A stretch of 64,000 bases of DNA from Anaerohalosphaeraceae bacterium (GCA_050309605.1 JBNRMN010000090.1:15383-79382); one strand, 5' to 3'. Positions 18,536 through 31,542 are shown, numbered from the stretch's first letter. Notes: generated by a model from the sequence alone, not told the origin. Numbers and translations are program-made.

Positions 18536-20940
18536 AAGTTCAAAACATCGGCCATCTGCAAAAGAAAGCGGCGCAGAACACCCAGCCGCTCTGGCTTCGG
18601 GTTTTCGAGCAGGCGCTGCTGGCGTTGGTCCTGGCCGCGGCGGTGCTGCGAGTAACGGTAATCGAAACGCCGCATGTCGAGCCGACGGCTCGAACGAGCG
18701 CACTGAGCAATGAAGCCATCAGCCTGCTGATGTCCTCTGTGTTCTGGGGGGCGGCGGTCCTGTGGGTGATGCTCAGTGCGAGTGCCGGCCGCCTGCGGTG
18801 GCGGCGCACGTCGATCACCGGAGCCGTCGCCCTGTTTGGCATCGTGGGTTTGGCTGGCGTCGCGTTTGCGTCCGACAAGCGGGCAGCGCTGACCGACTGG
18901 GCGGTGATGTTGTCCGGACCGGCAGCCGGACTGCTGGCAATGCAGCTTTTCAGCCGTCGGGAAACAGTCCGGCTGTTTTTGTGGCTGCTGCTGGCGGTCG
19001 GGGCGGCATCAACCTATGCCTGTTATGATAAAATGACCTCCTCTCATGAGATGCTCATCCGCGAATACGAACGCAACCTCGACGCGTTTCTTGAGACTCT
19101 CGGCATCGAGCCGGATAGCCTGTCTCATTGGCAGTACGAACATCGTCTGTATTCGCGCGACGTGTCGGGATTTTTGACGACGAGCAACTCGACCGGCTCG
19201 TTTTTGCTGCTGGCGGTGTTTTCGGGGCTGGGGCTGTGCATTGAGACCTGGCGAGCCATGCGCCGCAAAAAGCATGATGACCGCCGCCGTCGCGAAGAAG
19301 CGCTGGTCGCCTTGGTCTGTACAGCCGCGGCAACGGCGCTGTCGCTGGTCGGGCTGATGATGACCCAAAGCAAAGGGGCGATTGGCGCGTTCATCATATT
19401 CGTCCCCGCCTTGCCGGCGTGTCTGCTGTTCCGCAAGACGCTTTGGACATACCGTCGCGTGCTGGCGATCGGCCTGGTCGTGTTGGGCCTTTTGGCCGCG
19501 GCGGCAATGATTCTCTACGGCATACGGCATGGCCGACTGCCCGGGGGCAACTCCATGCTGGTACGCTGGCAGTATTGGGTGGCCTCGGTTGAGATGGCCA
19601 AAGAATCGCCCCTGCTCGGTGTCGGCGGAGGCAACTATGCAGCCTCTTATATGACCCACAAAGACCCGGCCGCACCGGAAACCATCGGCGATCCGCACAA
19701 CTGGGTTCTGTCACTGTTGTGTCGATACGGTCTGATCGGGCTGGCAGCGATGGGCTGTGCGCTGCTGCGTCCGGTTATGAAACTCTTTGCCGCCGGTCTG
19801 GGTTTCGACCCAACAGAAGCCGCCGGCCAAACACTCCGAAACAGCGGCCCCGAAACGATTCGCAGCAAAAAACATTGGACAGAACGCGGCGAGTGGCTGA
19901 TGTGGCTGGCGGCAACGATGGCGGTGATGGTCATCATACGTCCCGTATTGCTGGAGCTGAACACCGCACACGCCTCGGCGGCGGAATGGTCGGCGGCGTT
20001 TTTGCTGCTGGTGCTGGTTCCTGTCGGGATTATTGCGCTGGTGGTCGGTCTGCTTCGGTTTGCCTGCGCCGCAGACCATTCGATTCATCAGCCCGCGACC
20101 GCGCTTGTGTCGGCCATTGCCTGCGGACTGGCAGCGGTTCTGCTGCATAATCTGGTGGATTTTGCCCTGTTCGAGCCGGGTGTCTGGACGATGTTCTGGC
20201 TGACCGCTGCTGCCGGTTGCGCACTGTATCACACACACACCAACGGCAACACCCTGCGAATCTATCCGTTGGCCGGGCGACTGCGTCGCGGCGTCGCCCT
20301 GCTGGGTCCGGCGGCGCTGTTTTCGGCGTTCGTGTGGCAGGTCGTCGCGCCGCCGATTCAGCGGGACACACTGACCTTCGAAGCAGCGCGTGCGTTCACT
20401 GCCGAGCAGGCCCAGTCCCATCTCCATCAAGCCGTCGCCGCCGATCCCTTGTCGCCGCAGGCCGCCCGACTCGGAGCACGCCTGCTGCTGCACCGATCAA
20501 CGCAGCGGTTTATTTCGAATCAAGAACAAATGCTGCACGCCGCACAGCGTTTGGCCGAGACGGCCATCGCCCGCAACCCCGCCGATGCCCGTCCGCGTCA
20601 ACTGCTGGCCGACATCCTGTTGGCCGCAGCCGAACAGACCGACGAAGAGGCCGAAAAAACAGCCCGCAAACAGCGGGCCTTTCAGGCCTTTCAAGACGCC
20701 CTTGAGCGGTATCCCGGATCGGATGTGCTGAATTACCAATTGGGCGTGCTGGCCGAGGAACTGGGGCGTCCCGAACAGGCCGTCAGTTATCTCGAAACCG
20801 CGCTGGACATTGAACAGCGTTATCGCCAACAATTTCAAATAATGTACCCCGATCAGCCGGAGATCATCAGCCGTTTGGGACCCTGCCGATACGAGGATCT
20901 GCTCGAGCGGCTCAACCGGCTGCGCAGCGACCGCCCATGA
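18532..20940 (+). CDS. O-antigen ligase family protein with C-terminal TPR-like region
   Basis: TQSKGA, RWQYW, PLLGVGGGNY, DPHN, HNLVDF; helical C-terminus. Confidence 0.85.
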   Translation: MKVQNIGHLQKKAAQNTQPLWLRVFEQALLALVLAAAVLRVTVIETPHVEPTARTSALSNEAISLLMSSVFWGAAVLWVMLSASAGRLRWRRTSITGAVALFGIVGLAGVAFASDKRAALTDWAVMLSGPAAGLLAMQLFSRRETVRLFLWLLLAVGAASTYACYDKMTSSHEMLIREYERNLDAFLETLGIEPDSLSHWQYEHRLYSRDVSGFLTTSNSTGSFLLLAVFSGLGLCIETWRAMRRKKHDDRRRREEALVALVCTAAATALSLVGLMMTQSKGAIGAFIIFVPALPACLLFRKTLWTYRRVLAIGLVVLGLLAAAAMILYGIRHGRLPGGNSMLVRWQYWVASVEMAKESPLLGVGGGNYAASYMTHKDPAAPETIGDPHNWVLSLLCRYGLIGLAAMGCALLRPVMKLFAAGLGFDPTEAAGQTLRNSGPETIRSKKHWTERGEWLMWLAATMAVMVIIRPVLLELNTAHASAAEWSAAFLLLVLVPVGIIALVVGLLRFACAADHSIHQPATALVSAIACGLAAVLLHNLVDFALFEPGVWTMFWLTAAAGCALYHTHTNGNTLRIYPLAGRLRRGVALLGPAALFSAFVWQVVAPPIQRDTLTFEAARAFTAEQAQSHLHQAVAADPLSPQAARLGARLLLHRSTQRFISNQEQMLHAAQRLAETAIARNPADARPRQLLADILLAAAEQTDEEAEKTARKQRAFQAFQDALERYPGSDVLNYQLGVLAEELGRPEQAVSYLETALDIEQRYRQQFQIMYPDQPEIISRLGPCRYEDLLERLNRLRSDRP

Positions 20941-22025
20941 CAGAGACCTGCCGCACACAAACGATTCAAAAGCGTCTGCTGAAATGGTTTGATATTCACG
21001 CGCGGACACTGCCGTTTCGCGGCGTGCGGGATCCGTATGCAATCTGGATCAGTGAAATCATGCTCCAGCAAACCCAGGTAACCACCGTCGTGCCGTATTA
21101 CCAACGGTTTATGAAGCGCTTGCCCACGGTGCAGGCACTGGCTTCGGCGCGGCTTGATACGGTCCTGAAGCTGTGGCAGGGACTGGGCTATTACAGTCGC
21201 GCCCGCAATCTGCACAAGGCCGCCGGCCTGATCGTCAGCCGACATGACGGCACGTTTCCCGATACCCTTGAAGCCCTGACGGCGCTGCCGGGCATTGGCC
21301 GCTACACCGCCGGCGCCATTGCAAGCATCGCCTTTGGTCGGCGCGTACCGGTGCTGGACGGCAACGTGATGCGCGTCTTGTGTCGGCTGGATCGGCTGCC
21401 GGACAATCCCAAAACCGCCGCCGTCCAAAAACACCTTTGGCATCTGGCCGAAACACTCGTGCCCCAACGCCGTCCCGGCGATTTTAATCAGGCACTGATG
21501 GAACTGGGGGCCACTGTCTGTGCTCCAAAATCTCCCGATTGTGCGGCCTGTCCGCTTCAGTCGCTGTGTTCGGCATACGCCCACGATGAACAGGATGTCC
21601 TGCCGCGTATGCCCAAAGCCGCCGCGACGCCGCATTATACCGTCGCAGTCGGACTGGTCATCAAAGACGGCAAGCTGCTGATTGACAAACGCAAACCCGA
21701 CGGGATGCTCGGCGGACTCTGGGAACTGCCCGGCGGCAAAAAACGAAAAAACGAAACGCTCAAACACACCGTCGCACGCGAGATTAAAGAAGAAACCGGA
21801 ATCGAGGTCGTCGTCGGCAAACGGCTGTGCATCGTGCGCCATGCGTATTCACACTTTCGCATTACGCTGCACGCCTACCCTTGCGACTGGGCCGGCGGCA
21901 CGGCCAGACCGATCCACTGCACCGCGGTCAAATGGGTCGCACCGAAGGACTTAAATAAATACGCCTTTCCCGCCGCAACGGTTAAGATATTCAAATCCAT
22001 CGGTCTCGACGTCAAACAGCCTTAA
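20937..22025 (+). CDS. mutY: A/G-specific adenine glycosylase with C-terminal Nudix domain
   Basis: ISEIMLQQTQV, WQGLGYYSRARNL, LPGIGRYTA, C-x6-C-x2-C-x5-C cluster motif. Confidence 0.96.
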   Translation: MTETCRTQTIQKRLLKWFDIHARTLPFRGVRDPYAIWISEIMLQQTQVTTVVPYYQRFMKRLPTVQALASARLDTVLKLWQGLGYYSRARNLHKAAGLIVSRHDGTFPDTLEALTALPGIGRYTAGAIASIAFGRRVPVLDGNVMRVLCRLDRLPDNPKTAAVQKHLWHLAETLVPQRRPGDFNQALMELGATVCAPKSPDCAACPLQSLCSAYAHDEQDVLPRMPKAAATPHYTVAVGLVIKDGKLLIDKRKPDGMLGGLWELPGGKKRKNETLKHTVAREIKEETGIEVVVGKRLCIVRHAYSHFRITLHAYPCDWAGGTARPIHCTAVKWVAPKDLNKYAFPAATVKIFKSIGLDVKQP

Positions 22026-22071
22026 GCCGAATCACGGCCTATTGGCATAGCAGGGCGGCGGCGGTGGATAC

Positions 22072-23001
22072 CTATCGGCTCCAGACCAGGTCAAGCTGTT
22101 CTTTGATGTATGCCAGCGCGGGGGCCAACTCCTCATCAAAGTTCTCCCAGCGGCATTCAAACGAAATCCCGCCGGTGTAGCCGATCTGCCGCAGGGCGTC
22201 AAAATACGGCGCAAAATCATACGGCGCCACACCCGGTCGGGTACGGCCTTCCTTCTCGGCCAAATGCACGTGTGCCAGCAGGGGGCCGGCGTCAAGAATG
22301 GATTGAGGCCCTTCGTCCTCCAGCGCCATATGATAAATATCCGCCAGCACGCGAATGTTGGGGTGGTTGACCTGCCGCACAATCTCGGTGCCCTGTTTGA
22401 CGGTGTTAATGAGATTGCACTCGCTTTGATTCAGCGGCTCAATGGCAACGATGATATTGTACACAGCGGCAATCGGCCCCATATCCTTCAGCAGCTCAAC
22501 GAATTGTTCCAGTGCCTCGTCGCGACTGAAACCGTCGGGCACACGCCGGGCGCGGCCGCTGCCGAATACAATGATTTCGCTGCCGACCTGGCCGGCCCGG
22601 TCAAACGCCGTCCGCGCATAGGCCAAAACCGCTTCATGGTCAGCCTCCGGACCGACACATTTCAGATCGCCCGGTAAAAATCCCGCGTATGCATACACCG
22701 GCAATGAAGCGGACAAGGCATTGACCAAATTGGCGCCAAATTTGTCCGTCGGCTCCAGCGGCACAAGAAGCCGCTGAACACCTTCTTCGACATAATCGTA
22801 ACCGGCCGCTTTCAGTTTGTCTGCGTTATTGACCGACGTGCAAACGCCGATTGGCGGTTGCGGGACATCCCGATACGAGGTCGAGGGCGCCGAGTCCGGA
22901 GCAGGAGCCTTCTCACATCCCATGATCGACAAGCCGACCAGCAACGATACCGCACAGAAAAAGAGTGTCCGATAAAAACGCACAGACTTGTGATTTCCCA
23001 T
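22072..23001 (-). CDS. sugar phosphate isomerase/epimerase (xylose isomerase-like TIM barrel), probable lipoprotein
   Basis: IEPLN, ADIYHM, HVHLAE, ISFEC; lipobox-like IMGC; AAAGGAG RBS before ATG 23001. Confidence 0.82.
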   Translation of the reverse strand: MGNHKSVRFYRTLFFCAVSLLVGLSIMGCEKAPAPDSAPSTSYRDVPQPPIGVCTSVNNADKLKAAGYDYVEEGVQRLLVPLEPTDKFGANLVNALSASLPVYAYAGFLPGDLKCVGPEADHEAVLAYARTAFDRAGQVGSEIIVFGSGRARRVPDGFSRDEALEQFVELLKDMGPIAAVYNIIVAIEPLNQSECNLINTVKQGTEIVRQVNHPNIRVLADIYHMALEDEGPQSILDAGPLLAHVHLAEKEGRTRPGVAPYDFAPYFDALRQIGYTGGISFECRWENFDEELAPALAYIKEQLDLVWSR

Positions 23002-23121
23002 AACAAATATCTCCTTTCGCACGACTACAGAAGCTGTTTTTCTGAAACTTAACACGCCGTGAGATATTTGTCCAGCACCGTTTTTGAATAAAAATATGAA
23101 AGTTTTCCCGATCCCTGCGAT

Positions 23122-23868
23122 TTACTTGATTTGCCCCTGAAGACCGATCGTCACGTCCCTGAACGGTACATCCACCTGCGCCAGTGCGATTGCCTGTTGT
23201 GCAATCCGCACCAGGCCGGTACAGCAGGGCACCTCCATATGCACTACGGTCAGACGCTTGAGATGATTGTGCTTGATCAGTTGTGCCAGTTTCTCGACAT
23301 AGGGCGACGTGTCGTCCAGCTTGGGACAGGCAATAGCAATCGCCCGACCGGCCAGCAGCGTCTCGTGAAAATCAGCCATCGCAAACGGCACACAGTCGGC
23401 CGTGAGCACCAGATCGGCCCCGGCAAAATACGGCGCCGTCGGCGAGACCAGATGAAGCTGCACCGGCCATTGCGCCAAGTGGGACGGTCGGTCGCCGGCT
23501 TGGGTTGTTGAATTCGATTTCACCGCGGCGGCCTGGTTCAACGACATCATCCGCGCCCCCGAACAGACAAACCCGCCCTCGCGGGGCTCCTTGGGCTGCG
23601 ATACAGGCTCAGCCTTGCCGGCCTGAAGCGTCTTGAGATACGCCTCGGTTGCCGCCTCGTCAAACTCAGCCGCCTCACGCTGCTCAATGGTAATTGCGTC
23701 CTGCGGACAATGCCCCAGACACGCGCCCAACCCGTCGCAATAGGTCTCGCTGACGAGCCGGGCCTTGCCGTCGATAATCTGGATCGCGCCTTCAGCACAG
23801 GCGGTCACACACAGCCCGCACCCGTCGCATTTGCTTTCGTCAATCTTTACAATCTGTCGTATGGCCAT
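23122..23868 (-). CDS. 4Fe-4S ferredoxin-domain protein (hcp-associated type)
   Basis: CDGCGLCVTAC, CDGLGACLGHCP, WPVQL, ACPKLD, MEVPCC. Confidence 0.9.
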   Translation of the reverse strand: MAIRQIVKIDESKCDGCGLCVTACAEGAIQIIDGKARLVSETYCDGLGACLGHCPQDAITIEQREAAEFDEAATEAYLKTLQAGKAEPVSQPKEPREGGFVCSGARMMSLNQAAAVKSNSTTQAGDRPSHLAQWPVQLHLVSPTAPYFAGADLVLTADCVPFAMADFHETLLAGRAIAIACPKLDDTSPYVEKLAQLIKHNHLKRLTVVHMEVPCCTGLVRIAQQAIALAQVDVPFRDVTIGLQGQIK

Positions 23869-23905
23869 AATCTGTCCTGTCTAATCCCGTCCTGTTAGAA
23901 AATGC

Positions 23906-24124
23906 TTAATGACTATGTTCACGAATGGTTGGCTCGTCTTCCGGGCGAACCCACTTAAAAACAGCATCCGGCAGGCCCGATTCGATGGCTGTCTTGGCAT
24001 CCGCGACGACCGGGCCGAATAGCGTATCACAATGCGCCAACACGGAGGACGGAAACATCCCAAGCCCAAGCCATAGAGATATACAAACAGTGCGTTGAAT
24101 AAGGCCTCTCATCTCATTGTCCAC
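23906..24124 (-). pseudogene. truncated DUF6448-like exported protein
   Basis: Signal peptide, then AHCDTLFGPVV...KWV.PEDE..IRE, then an abrupt HSH stop at 72 aa. Confidence 0.6.
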
Positions 24125-24156
24125 AATGGGTTTTTTATTTCTTCTATTTGTAGTGC

Positions 24157-24903
24157 TTACTCTGAGGCCGCTTTTTGCTCGATCAGCACGGCCTTGGGAA
24201 ACAGGATATTGTTTTCCAAATGAATGTGCGCGTGCAGGTCGCTTTCAAGCTCCGCCAGGCCGTCATAAAGGGCCTTGAATTTCTCGCAGGCATCGTCGGG
24301 CGGCTGCCAGTTGGATGTCAACTGGCGCATCCGATCCAGCGCCGCACCGGCGTTGTCATGCTCATATTCCATTTGACGGATAGGGTTCTGCACGCTGCCG
24401 CAATGCACTTCGGGCAACGGCGCACCGGCCAGCAAATGCCGCTCAAACTGAGTAATATAAGGAAACAGAATCTGTTCTTCTTTTTCCAGATGCATCTCGA
24501 TTTCCGCGGCCAATCCGTCAAACACCTCGCGCAGTGCATCAATCAGGGCGCCATGCGCTTTGCCGTGCGCGGCCCGCACCTGGTCAAACAGCGTTCGCAG
24601 GCGCGGCAGTTGCCGACGCATAAACCCGTGGTGATGATCGACAATGTAATCGCACAGCTCCTCGGCGCCGGCAGCATTCCAGTCTTTCGGCGGCGTCCCG
24701 GCGGCCGCTGCCTGCACCGCCGCGGCCAGCTCATCCTGAAGCGCCGCCACATCGAGGCCTGCCTTCTTGGCGGCCTGCTGCAAAGTCTGTTGGCCGTTGC
24801 AGCAGTAATCCAGCCGATGTTTCTCAAACACCGCACGCAGCGCCGGATAGCGCGTCACCAGCGCCCCCAGCGATTCATTTTGATTGATATTCAATGTTTT
24901 CAT
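24157..24903 (-). CDS. ric: iron-sulfur cluster repair di-iron protein (Ric/YtfE/ScdA)
   Basis: DYCCNG, HH.FMR, HLEKEEQILFP, MEYEHD, HIHLENNILFP. Confidence 0.95.
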   Translation of the reverse strand: MKTLNINQNESLGALVTRYPALRAVFEKHRLDYCCNGQQTLQQAAKKAGLDVAALQDELAAAVQAAAAGTPPKDWNAAGAEELCDYIVDHHHGFMRRQLPRLRTLFDQVRAAHGKAHGALIDALREVFDGLAAEIEMHLEKEEQILFPYITQFERHLLAGAPLPEVHCGSVQNPIRQMEYEHDNAGAALDRMRQLTSNWQPPDDACEKFKALYDGLAELESDLHAHIHLENNILFPKAVLIEQKAASE

Positions 24904-24954
24904 CGTACACCATCCTTCTGTGCAATACACAGAATCGGGTTAACCGTTCACGAA

Positions 24955-25023
24955 CCAGAGACCAGAGGCCGAACAGTATTCGACCTCTGCCTCTGTCTTC
25001 TGTCTTCTGTCTTCTGACCTCTG
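24955..25023 (-). repeat. heptamer repeat tract (CAGARGN) with terminal hairpin
   Basis: Minus strand CAGAGGT CAGAAGA CAGAAGA CAGAAGA CAGAGG CAGAGGT, followed by inverted copies. Confidence 0.8.
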
Positions 25024-25026
25024 ATC

Positions 25027-26676
25027 CTAACTGGCCAGCATCACTTTCAAATCCTCTTGCGGCGTGCTGATCGGGGCAATGTTAAATTGTTCCACCAACA
25101 CGTTCAGCACATTCGGACCAATAAACGCCGGCAGCGACGGCCCCAGCCGCATATTCCTGATGCCCAGATGCAGCAGCGTCAACAGGATACACACCGCCTT
25201 TTGCTCGTACCAGCTCAGCACCAGGGTCAGCGGCAGATCGTTGACATCACACTCAAACGCATTGGCCAGCGCCACGGCAATCTGAATCGCCGAGTAGGCG
25301 TCGTTGCACTGGCCGACATCCAGCAGCCGCGGAATCCCGCCGATATCGCCGAACGGCAGCTTGTTAAAGCGATACTTGCCGCAGGCCAGCGTCAGGATGA
25401 CGCAATCATCGGGCACCTGTTGAGCAAACTCGGTGTAGTAGTTGCGTCCCGGCTTGGCGCCGTCGCAGCCGCCGACCAGGAAAAAGTGCCGAATCTGTCC
25501 GGCCTTGACCGCCTCGATAACTTTATCGGCCACCCCCATCACCGCGTTGTGTCCAAATCCGATAGTAATAGTCTTTTCCTCGGCGTCTTCGGTAAAGCCC
25601 GGCTGCGCCAGCGCGGCCTCGATCACCGGCGAAAAATCACGATTACTGATGTGCTTAACACCCGGCCAGGCGACCAGCCCGCAGGTAAAGATGCGGTCTT
25701 TGTAGCTGTCGCGCGGCTTTTGGATGCAGTTGGTCGTCATCAAAATCGCACCGGGGAACACATCAAACTCTTTTTGCTGATCCTGCCACGCCCCGCCGTA
25801 GTTGCCGGCCAGATGCGAATACTTCTTCAGCCCCGGATAGGCGTTGCACGGCAGCATTTCGCCATGGGTATAGACGTTGATGCCTTTGCCTTCGGTCTGC
25901 TTGAGCAATTCTTCAAGGTCTTTCAGGTCGTGGCCGGACACCAATATGGCTTTGCCTTTTTTCGGCGTTATACGAACGACGGTCGGCTCCGGGTGCCCAT
26001 ACGTTCCGGTGTTGGCCTTGTCCAGCAGTTCCATCACTTTCAGGTTCACCTCGCCGACCTTCAGGGTCATCGCCACCAGCGCATCAACATCGGTCGCCTG
26101 CGGCTCGGTTAAAAAGTTCAAGGCCTCATAGAAAAAGTCATACACCGCATCCTCTTCAATACCCAAAATCATGGCATGATCAGCATACGCCGCCATGCCT
26201 TTCAGCCCATAGACAATCAATTCCTGCAAGCCCGACACATCCGGCCCGAGGGCTTCAATTTTTTTGGCAATACTGAGGTCTTCGGCTTGGCGCATCATCT
26301 CATCCCGATTGGCCGGCGCACGCCAGTCGGCCGCGCCGCCGAGCGGTTCAGCGGATTGGCCGGCTTTCTGAGCCGCGGTTTGATAATGGTTCTTGGCCCG
26401 GTCCAGCAGCGTCCCGGCCTTGCCGAGCAGTGCTTCAATCCGAACCGGATCAAAGTTCACATTGGTCACCGTCGTAAACAAGGCCTCCAAAATGAAACGG
26501 TCAATCTCCCGATCACGGACGCCCAGCTTGCCGGCGCGATGCATCACCATTGAGATCCCTTCGGCCGCGTGCACCAGCAAATCCTGCAACAGTGCCGTCT
26601 CATTGTCCTTGCCGCACACACCAACGCGCGTACATCCTTTACCGCCTACTGTCTGTTCACACTGATAACAAAACAT
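25027..26676 (-). CDS. hcp: hybrid cluster protein (hydroxylamine/NO reductase)
   Basis: MFCYQCEQT...[41 protein letters not shown]. Confidence 0.97.
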   Translation of the reverse strand: MFCYQCEQTVGGKGCTRVGVCGKDNETALLQDLLVHAAEGISMVMHRAGKLGVRDREIDRFILEALFTTVTNVNFDPVRIEALLGKAGTLLDRAKNHYQTAAQKAGQSAEPLGGAADWRAPANRDEMMRQAEDLSIAKKIEALGPDVSGLQELIVYGLKGMAAYADHAMILGIEEDAVYDFFYEALNFLTEPQATDVDALVAMTLKVGEVNLKVMELLDKANTGTYGHPEPTVVRITPKKGKAILVSGHDLKDLEELLKQTEGKGINVYTHGEMLPCNAYPGLKKYSHLAGNYGGAWQDQQKEFDVFPGAILMTTNCIQKPRDSYKDRIFTCGLVAWPGVKHISNRDFSPVIEAALAQPGFTEDAEEKTITIGFGHNAVMGVADKVIEAVKAGQIRHFFLVGGCDGAKPGRNYYTEFAQQVPDDCVILTLACGKYRFNKLPFGDIGGIPRLLDVGQCNDAYSAIQIAVALANAFECDVNDLPLTLVLSWYEQKAVCILLTLLHLGIRNMRLGPSLPAFIGPNVLNVLVEQFNIAPISTPQEDLKVMLAS

Positions 26677-26703
26677 GTCTCAATCCTTTCAAAAAAGTGT
26701 TTC

Positions 26704-26741
26704 GTATCTGATTTCTGTCTTCTGTCCTCTGTCTTCTGTCC
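26704..26741 (-). repeat. heptamer repeat tract (CAGARGA)
   Basis: Minus strand CAGAAGA CAGAGGA CAGAAGA CAGAAAT CAGATAC. Confidence 0.75.
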
Positions 26742-27092
26742 TCACGCACGAATCATTGTCAACAGCATCTTAAATTTTTCCTCGCCGCGCACCGCATGCG
26801 GGATATGGGCCGGCATAATCACCACCTGCCCGGCTGAGACGGTCATTTCTTCGCCCGCAATGGTAATCACCGCCTGACCATCGGTAATCTGCACCAGCGC
26901 GTCATACGGCGCGGTATGTTCACTGAGCCGCTGGCCGGCGTCAAAGGCAAACAGCGTCACCGTGCCGGGATCTTTATCGACCAGCGTCTTGCTGACCACC
27001 GAATCAGACGCATACGTGATCAAATCATTCAATGCCTGCGGCTTGGCCGTACAGGCGTCCAGGATGCCGTTTCGTTTTTTTGCTTGACTCAT
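26742..27092 (-). CDS. cupin domain protein
   Basis: SVVSKTL, TLFAFDAGQRLSEHTAPYDA, MPAHIPHAV. Confidence 0.9.
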   Translation of the reverse strand: MSQAKKRNGILDACTAKPQALNDLITYASDSVVSKTLVDKDPGTVTLFAFDAGQRLSEHTAPYDALVQITDGQAVITIAGEEMTVSAGQVVIMPAHIPHAVRGEEKFKMLLTMIRA

Positions 27093-27513
27093 CGTTTTGC
27101 ATTCCTTTCGTTTTTGCAAATTCCGCCAGCGTCACATCCGCCAAGAATCCGTCTATTACGTGCTGCATATCGCCCAGCTTCTGATGCACCGGACAGCCGC
27201 CTTTCAACGGACAGCGAAAATCGCCCGCCAAACAGCGAATCACATTGACCGGTCCCTGTATGGCCTCGATCACCTGTCCAAAAGTAATCGCTTCCGGCCG
27301 TCGCGACAACACAAATCCGCCCCGCGGCCCCATCGTACTGACGACCACGTCCGCGGCCGAGAGCTTTTGCAGCAGCTTACAGGCAATCGCATACGACACT
27401 GCATTATCCCGCGCCAGCACCCGCGCCGAAAGCGGTTTTCCGGTTTGGTACGCCTTGGCCAGATGAGATGCCATCCGCAGGGCATAATCGGTATCGCGTC
27501 GTATCACATCCAT
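27025..27513 (-). CDS. Rrf2 family regulator (NsrR/IscR-like, 3 Cys)
   Basis: DYALR, STMGPRGGFVLSR, C-x6-C-x5-C motif. Confidence 0.92.
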   Translation of the reverse strand: MDVIRRDTDYALRMASHLAKAYQTGKPLSARVLARDNAVSYAIACKLLQKLSAADVVVSTMGPRGGFVLSRRPEAITFGQVIEAIQGPVNVIRCLAGDFRCPLKGGCPVHQKLGDMQHVIDGFLADVTLAEFAKTKGMQNDESSKKTKRHPGRLYGQAAGIE

Positions 27514-27555
27514 TCTTTCAAGTTGCCTTCATTCAAATCATGCTGTCTTGTTTAT

Positions 27556-27576
27556 ATAGGAATAATTTAGTCCTAT
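27556..27576. promoter_or_regulatory. putative Rrf2 operator
   Basis: ATAGGA-N9-TCCTAT inverted repeat upstream of rrf2, inside a minus-strand TTGACT-type promoter. Confidence 0.7.
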
Positions 27577-27672
27577 TTTCGGCAAAAGTCAATACCCAAA
27601 TTTAAATTTTTTTGATTTTTTTCAATAATCCCGCTATGCTGACGTGGTCTTTTTGCACTAAGTCTTTCAAAT

Positions 27673-28215
27673 ATGAGCACTTATATATTCAAAACCCGAT
27701 GGGGGTGGTGTGGTTTAACCGGTTCTGCGCACGGCCTGAAACAGGCGTGTCTGCCGATGGCCGACGAACAGGCCGTGCTCCGATACTTGCAGGTGGAAAA
27801 CGCCAGCAACGCCTTATCAGATAAAATGCTCTCAACCTGTCGGGGCGTGTTCTGCGATTATTTTGAGGGCAAACGGGTCGATTTTTCCCGTATCCCTGTC
27901 GATTGGGCCGGTTTTACCCCCTTTCAGCGGAGTGTGCTCCGTGCCCTTCAAATGATAAGCTACGGAAAAACAATCAGTTACGATGGTTTGGCCGAGCTGG
28001 CCGGCCGTCCGCGGGCTGTTCGGGCCGCGGCCAACGCCGTGGCGAATAATCCATTGCCGCTGATTATTCCCTGCCATCGCGTCGTGCGAAAAGACGGCGC
28101 ATTAGGCGGCTTTTCCGCCCCCGGCGGGACAACAATCAAAGAAAAATTACTCACACTCGAGCACATCGACCTGTCTTCCGGCCGGGTCGATTCACCCGCC
28201 GCATCTTATCCATAA
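27673..28215 (+). CDS. ogt: methylated-DNA--protein-cysteine methyltransferase
   Basis: TPFQRSV, NPLPLIIPCHRV. Confidence 0.93.
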   Translation: MSTYIFKTRWGWCGLTGSAHGLKQACLPMADEQAVLRYLQVENASNALSDKMLSTCRGVFCDYFEGKRVDFSRIPVDWAGFTPFQRSVLRALQMISYGKTISYDGLAELAGRPRAVRAAANAVANNPLPLIIPCHRVVRKDGALGGFSAPGGTTIKEKLLTLEHIDLSSGRVDSPAASYP

Positions 28216-28273
28216 AAACAGGCACGCCATTTCAGGACGTGCCGAACAGAAAAAATGATGTTGAGTTTGTGAA

Positions 28274-28957
28274 TTATTTGATGGTTTCGTCCGGTTCAGC
28301 TCCGCGCAACGGCCCCAGCAGGCCGGTGCTTTTTCGCGGCGGAACCTGCACCCGCACGCCCATCCGACCCAGTTCCGAGGCCACATCCGGCTGATTGGGG
28401 TCAATCTCAAAACTGCGCCGCAAGTGGGTCTCGGCCCGAACGGAATCGCCTTTGGATAGGTAAAAATACCCTAACTGTTTGTGGATTGACGCGGTATTCG
28501 GCGACAATTCCTGCGCCCGCCTGTAACAGGTCAGCGCATAATCATCCAGTTTTTCCCGCTGAAAGCTGCGCCCCAGAGCCATCAGGGCCGACGCACTGGT
28601 TGCGGCCTGATTGATATACATCTCGGCCGTGATTTTGGCGCGTTGGGGGTCCTTACGATCCTGATACAGCTTAACCATCGCGGCCTGGGCCTTCCGATGG
28701 GCCGGATCAAACCCCATCGCCACATTATAATGAAACTCCGCACGCTCGTATCGGCCTTCCTGATGGTACATCTTAGCCAACTCATAATGGGCCTGCGGGT
28801 TTTCGTAGCGGGCGGCGATCGTCGTCTGCAACTCGGCCTTGCGCGCCTCGGCGGCTGTGCGGGCGGGCGCTTCCGCTGCCGTATCGGAAGGACTCGTGCA
28901 GCCTCCGACCCATACCGCCGCTATCATGCATACTGCTATCCAATATGTCTGTTTCAT
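28274..28957 (-). CDS. TPR lipoprotein
   Basis: Lipobox VGGC; several TPR-like helical repeats. Confidence 0.8.
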   Translation of the reverse strand: MKQTYWIAVCMIAAVWVGGCTSPSDTAAEAPARTAAEARKAELQTTIAARYENPQAHYELAKMYHQEGRYERAEFHYNVAMGFDPAHRKAQAAMVKLYQDRKDPQRAKITAEMYINQAATSASALMALGRSFQREKLDDYALTCYRRAQELSPNTASIHKQLGYFYLSKGDSVRAETHLRRSFEIDPNQPDVASELGRMGVRVQVPPRKSTGLLGPLRGAEPDETIK

Positions 28958-29103
28958 ATAAGCCTCCGTTCTTTATCATCGGGCTTTTGAGCGCGTTTTG
29001 TGCACAAAATTTGCCGGCGGCGCTATTCTGTACACACTGCACCGATATTGCAAGCAAAAAACCGTTTCCCGTCGTCGGGGACAGGCCCCTTGCTAAGGGG
29101 CAA

Positions 29104-31542
<2,439 letters not shown>

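Noticed and set aside
27025..27092. 68-nt overlap of rrf2 and cupin as programmed frameshift or fusion
   Set aside because: Both proteins are complete; a lost stop codon giving a non-conserved Rrf2 tail is the simpler explanation.
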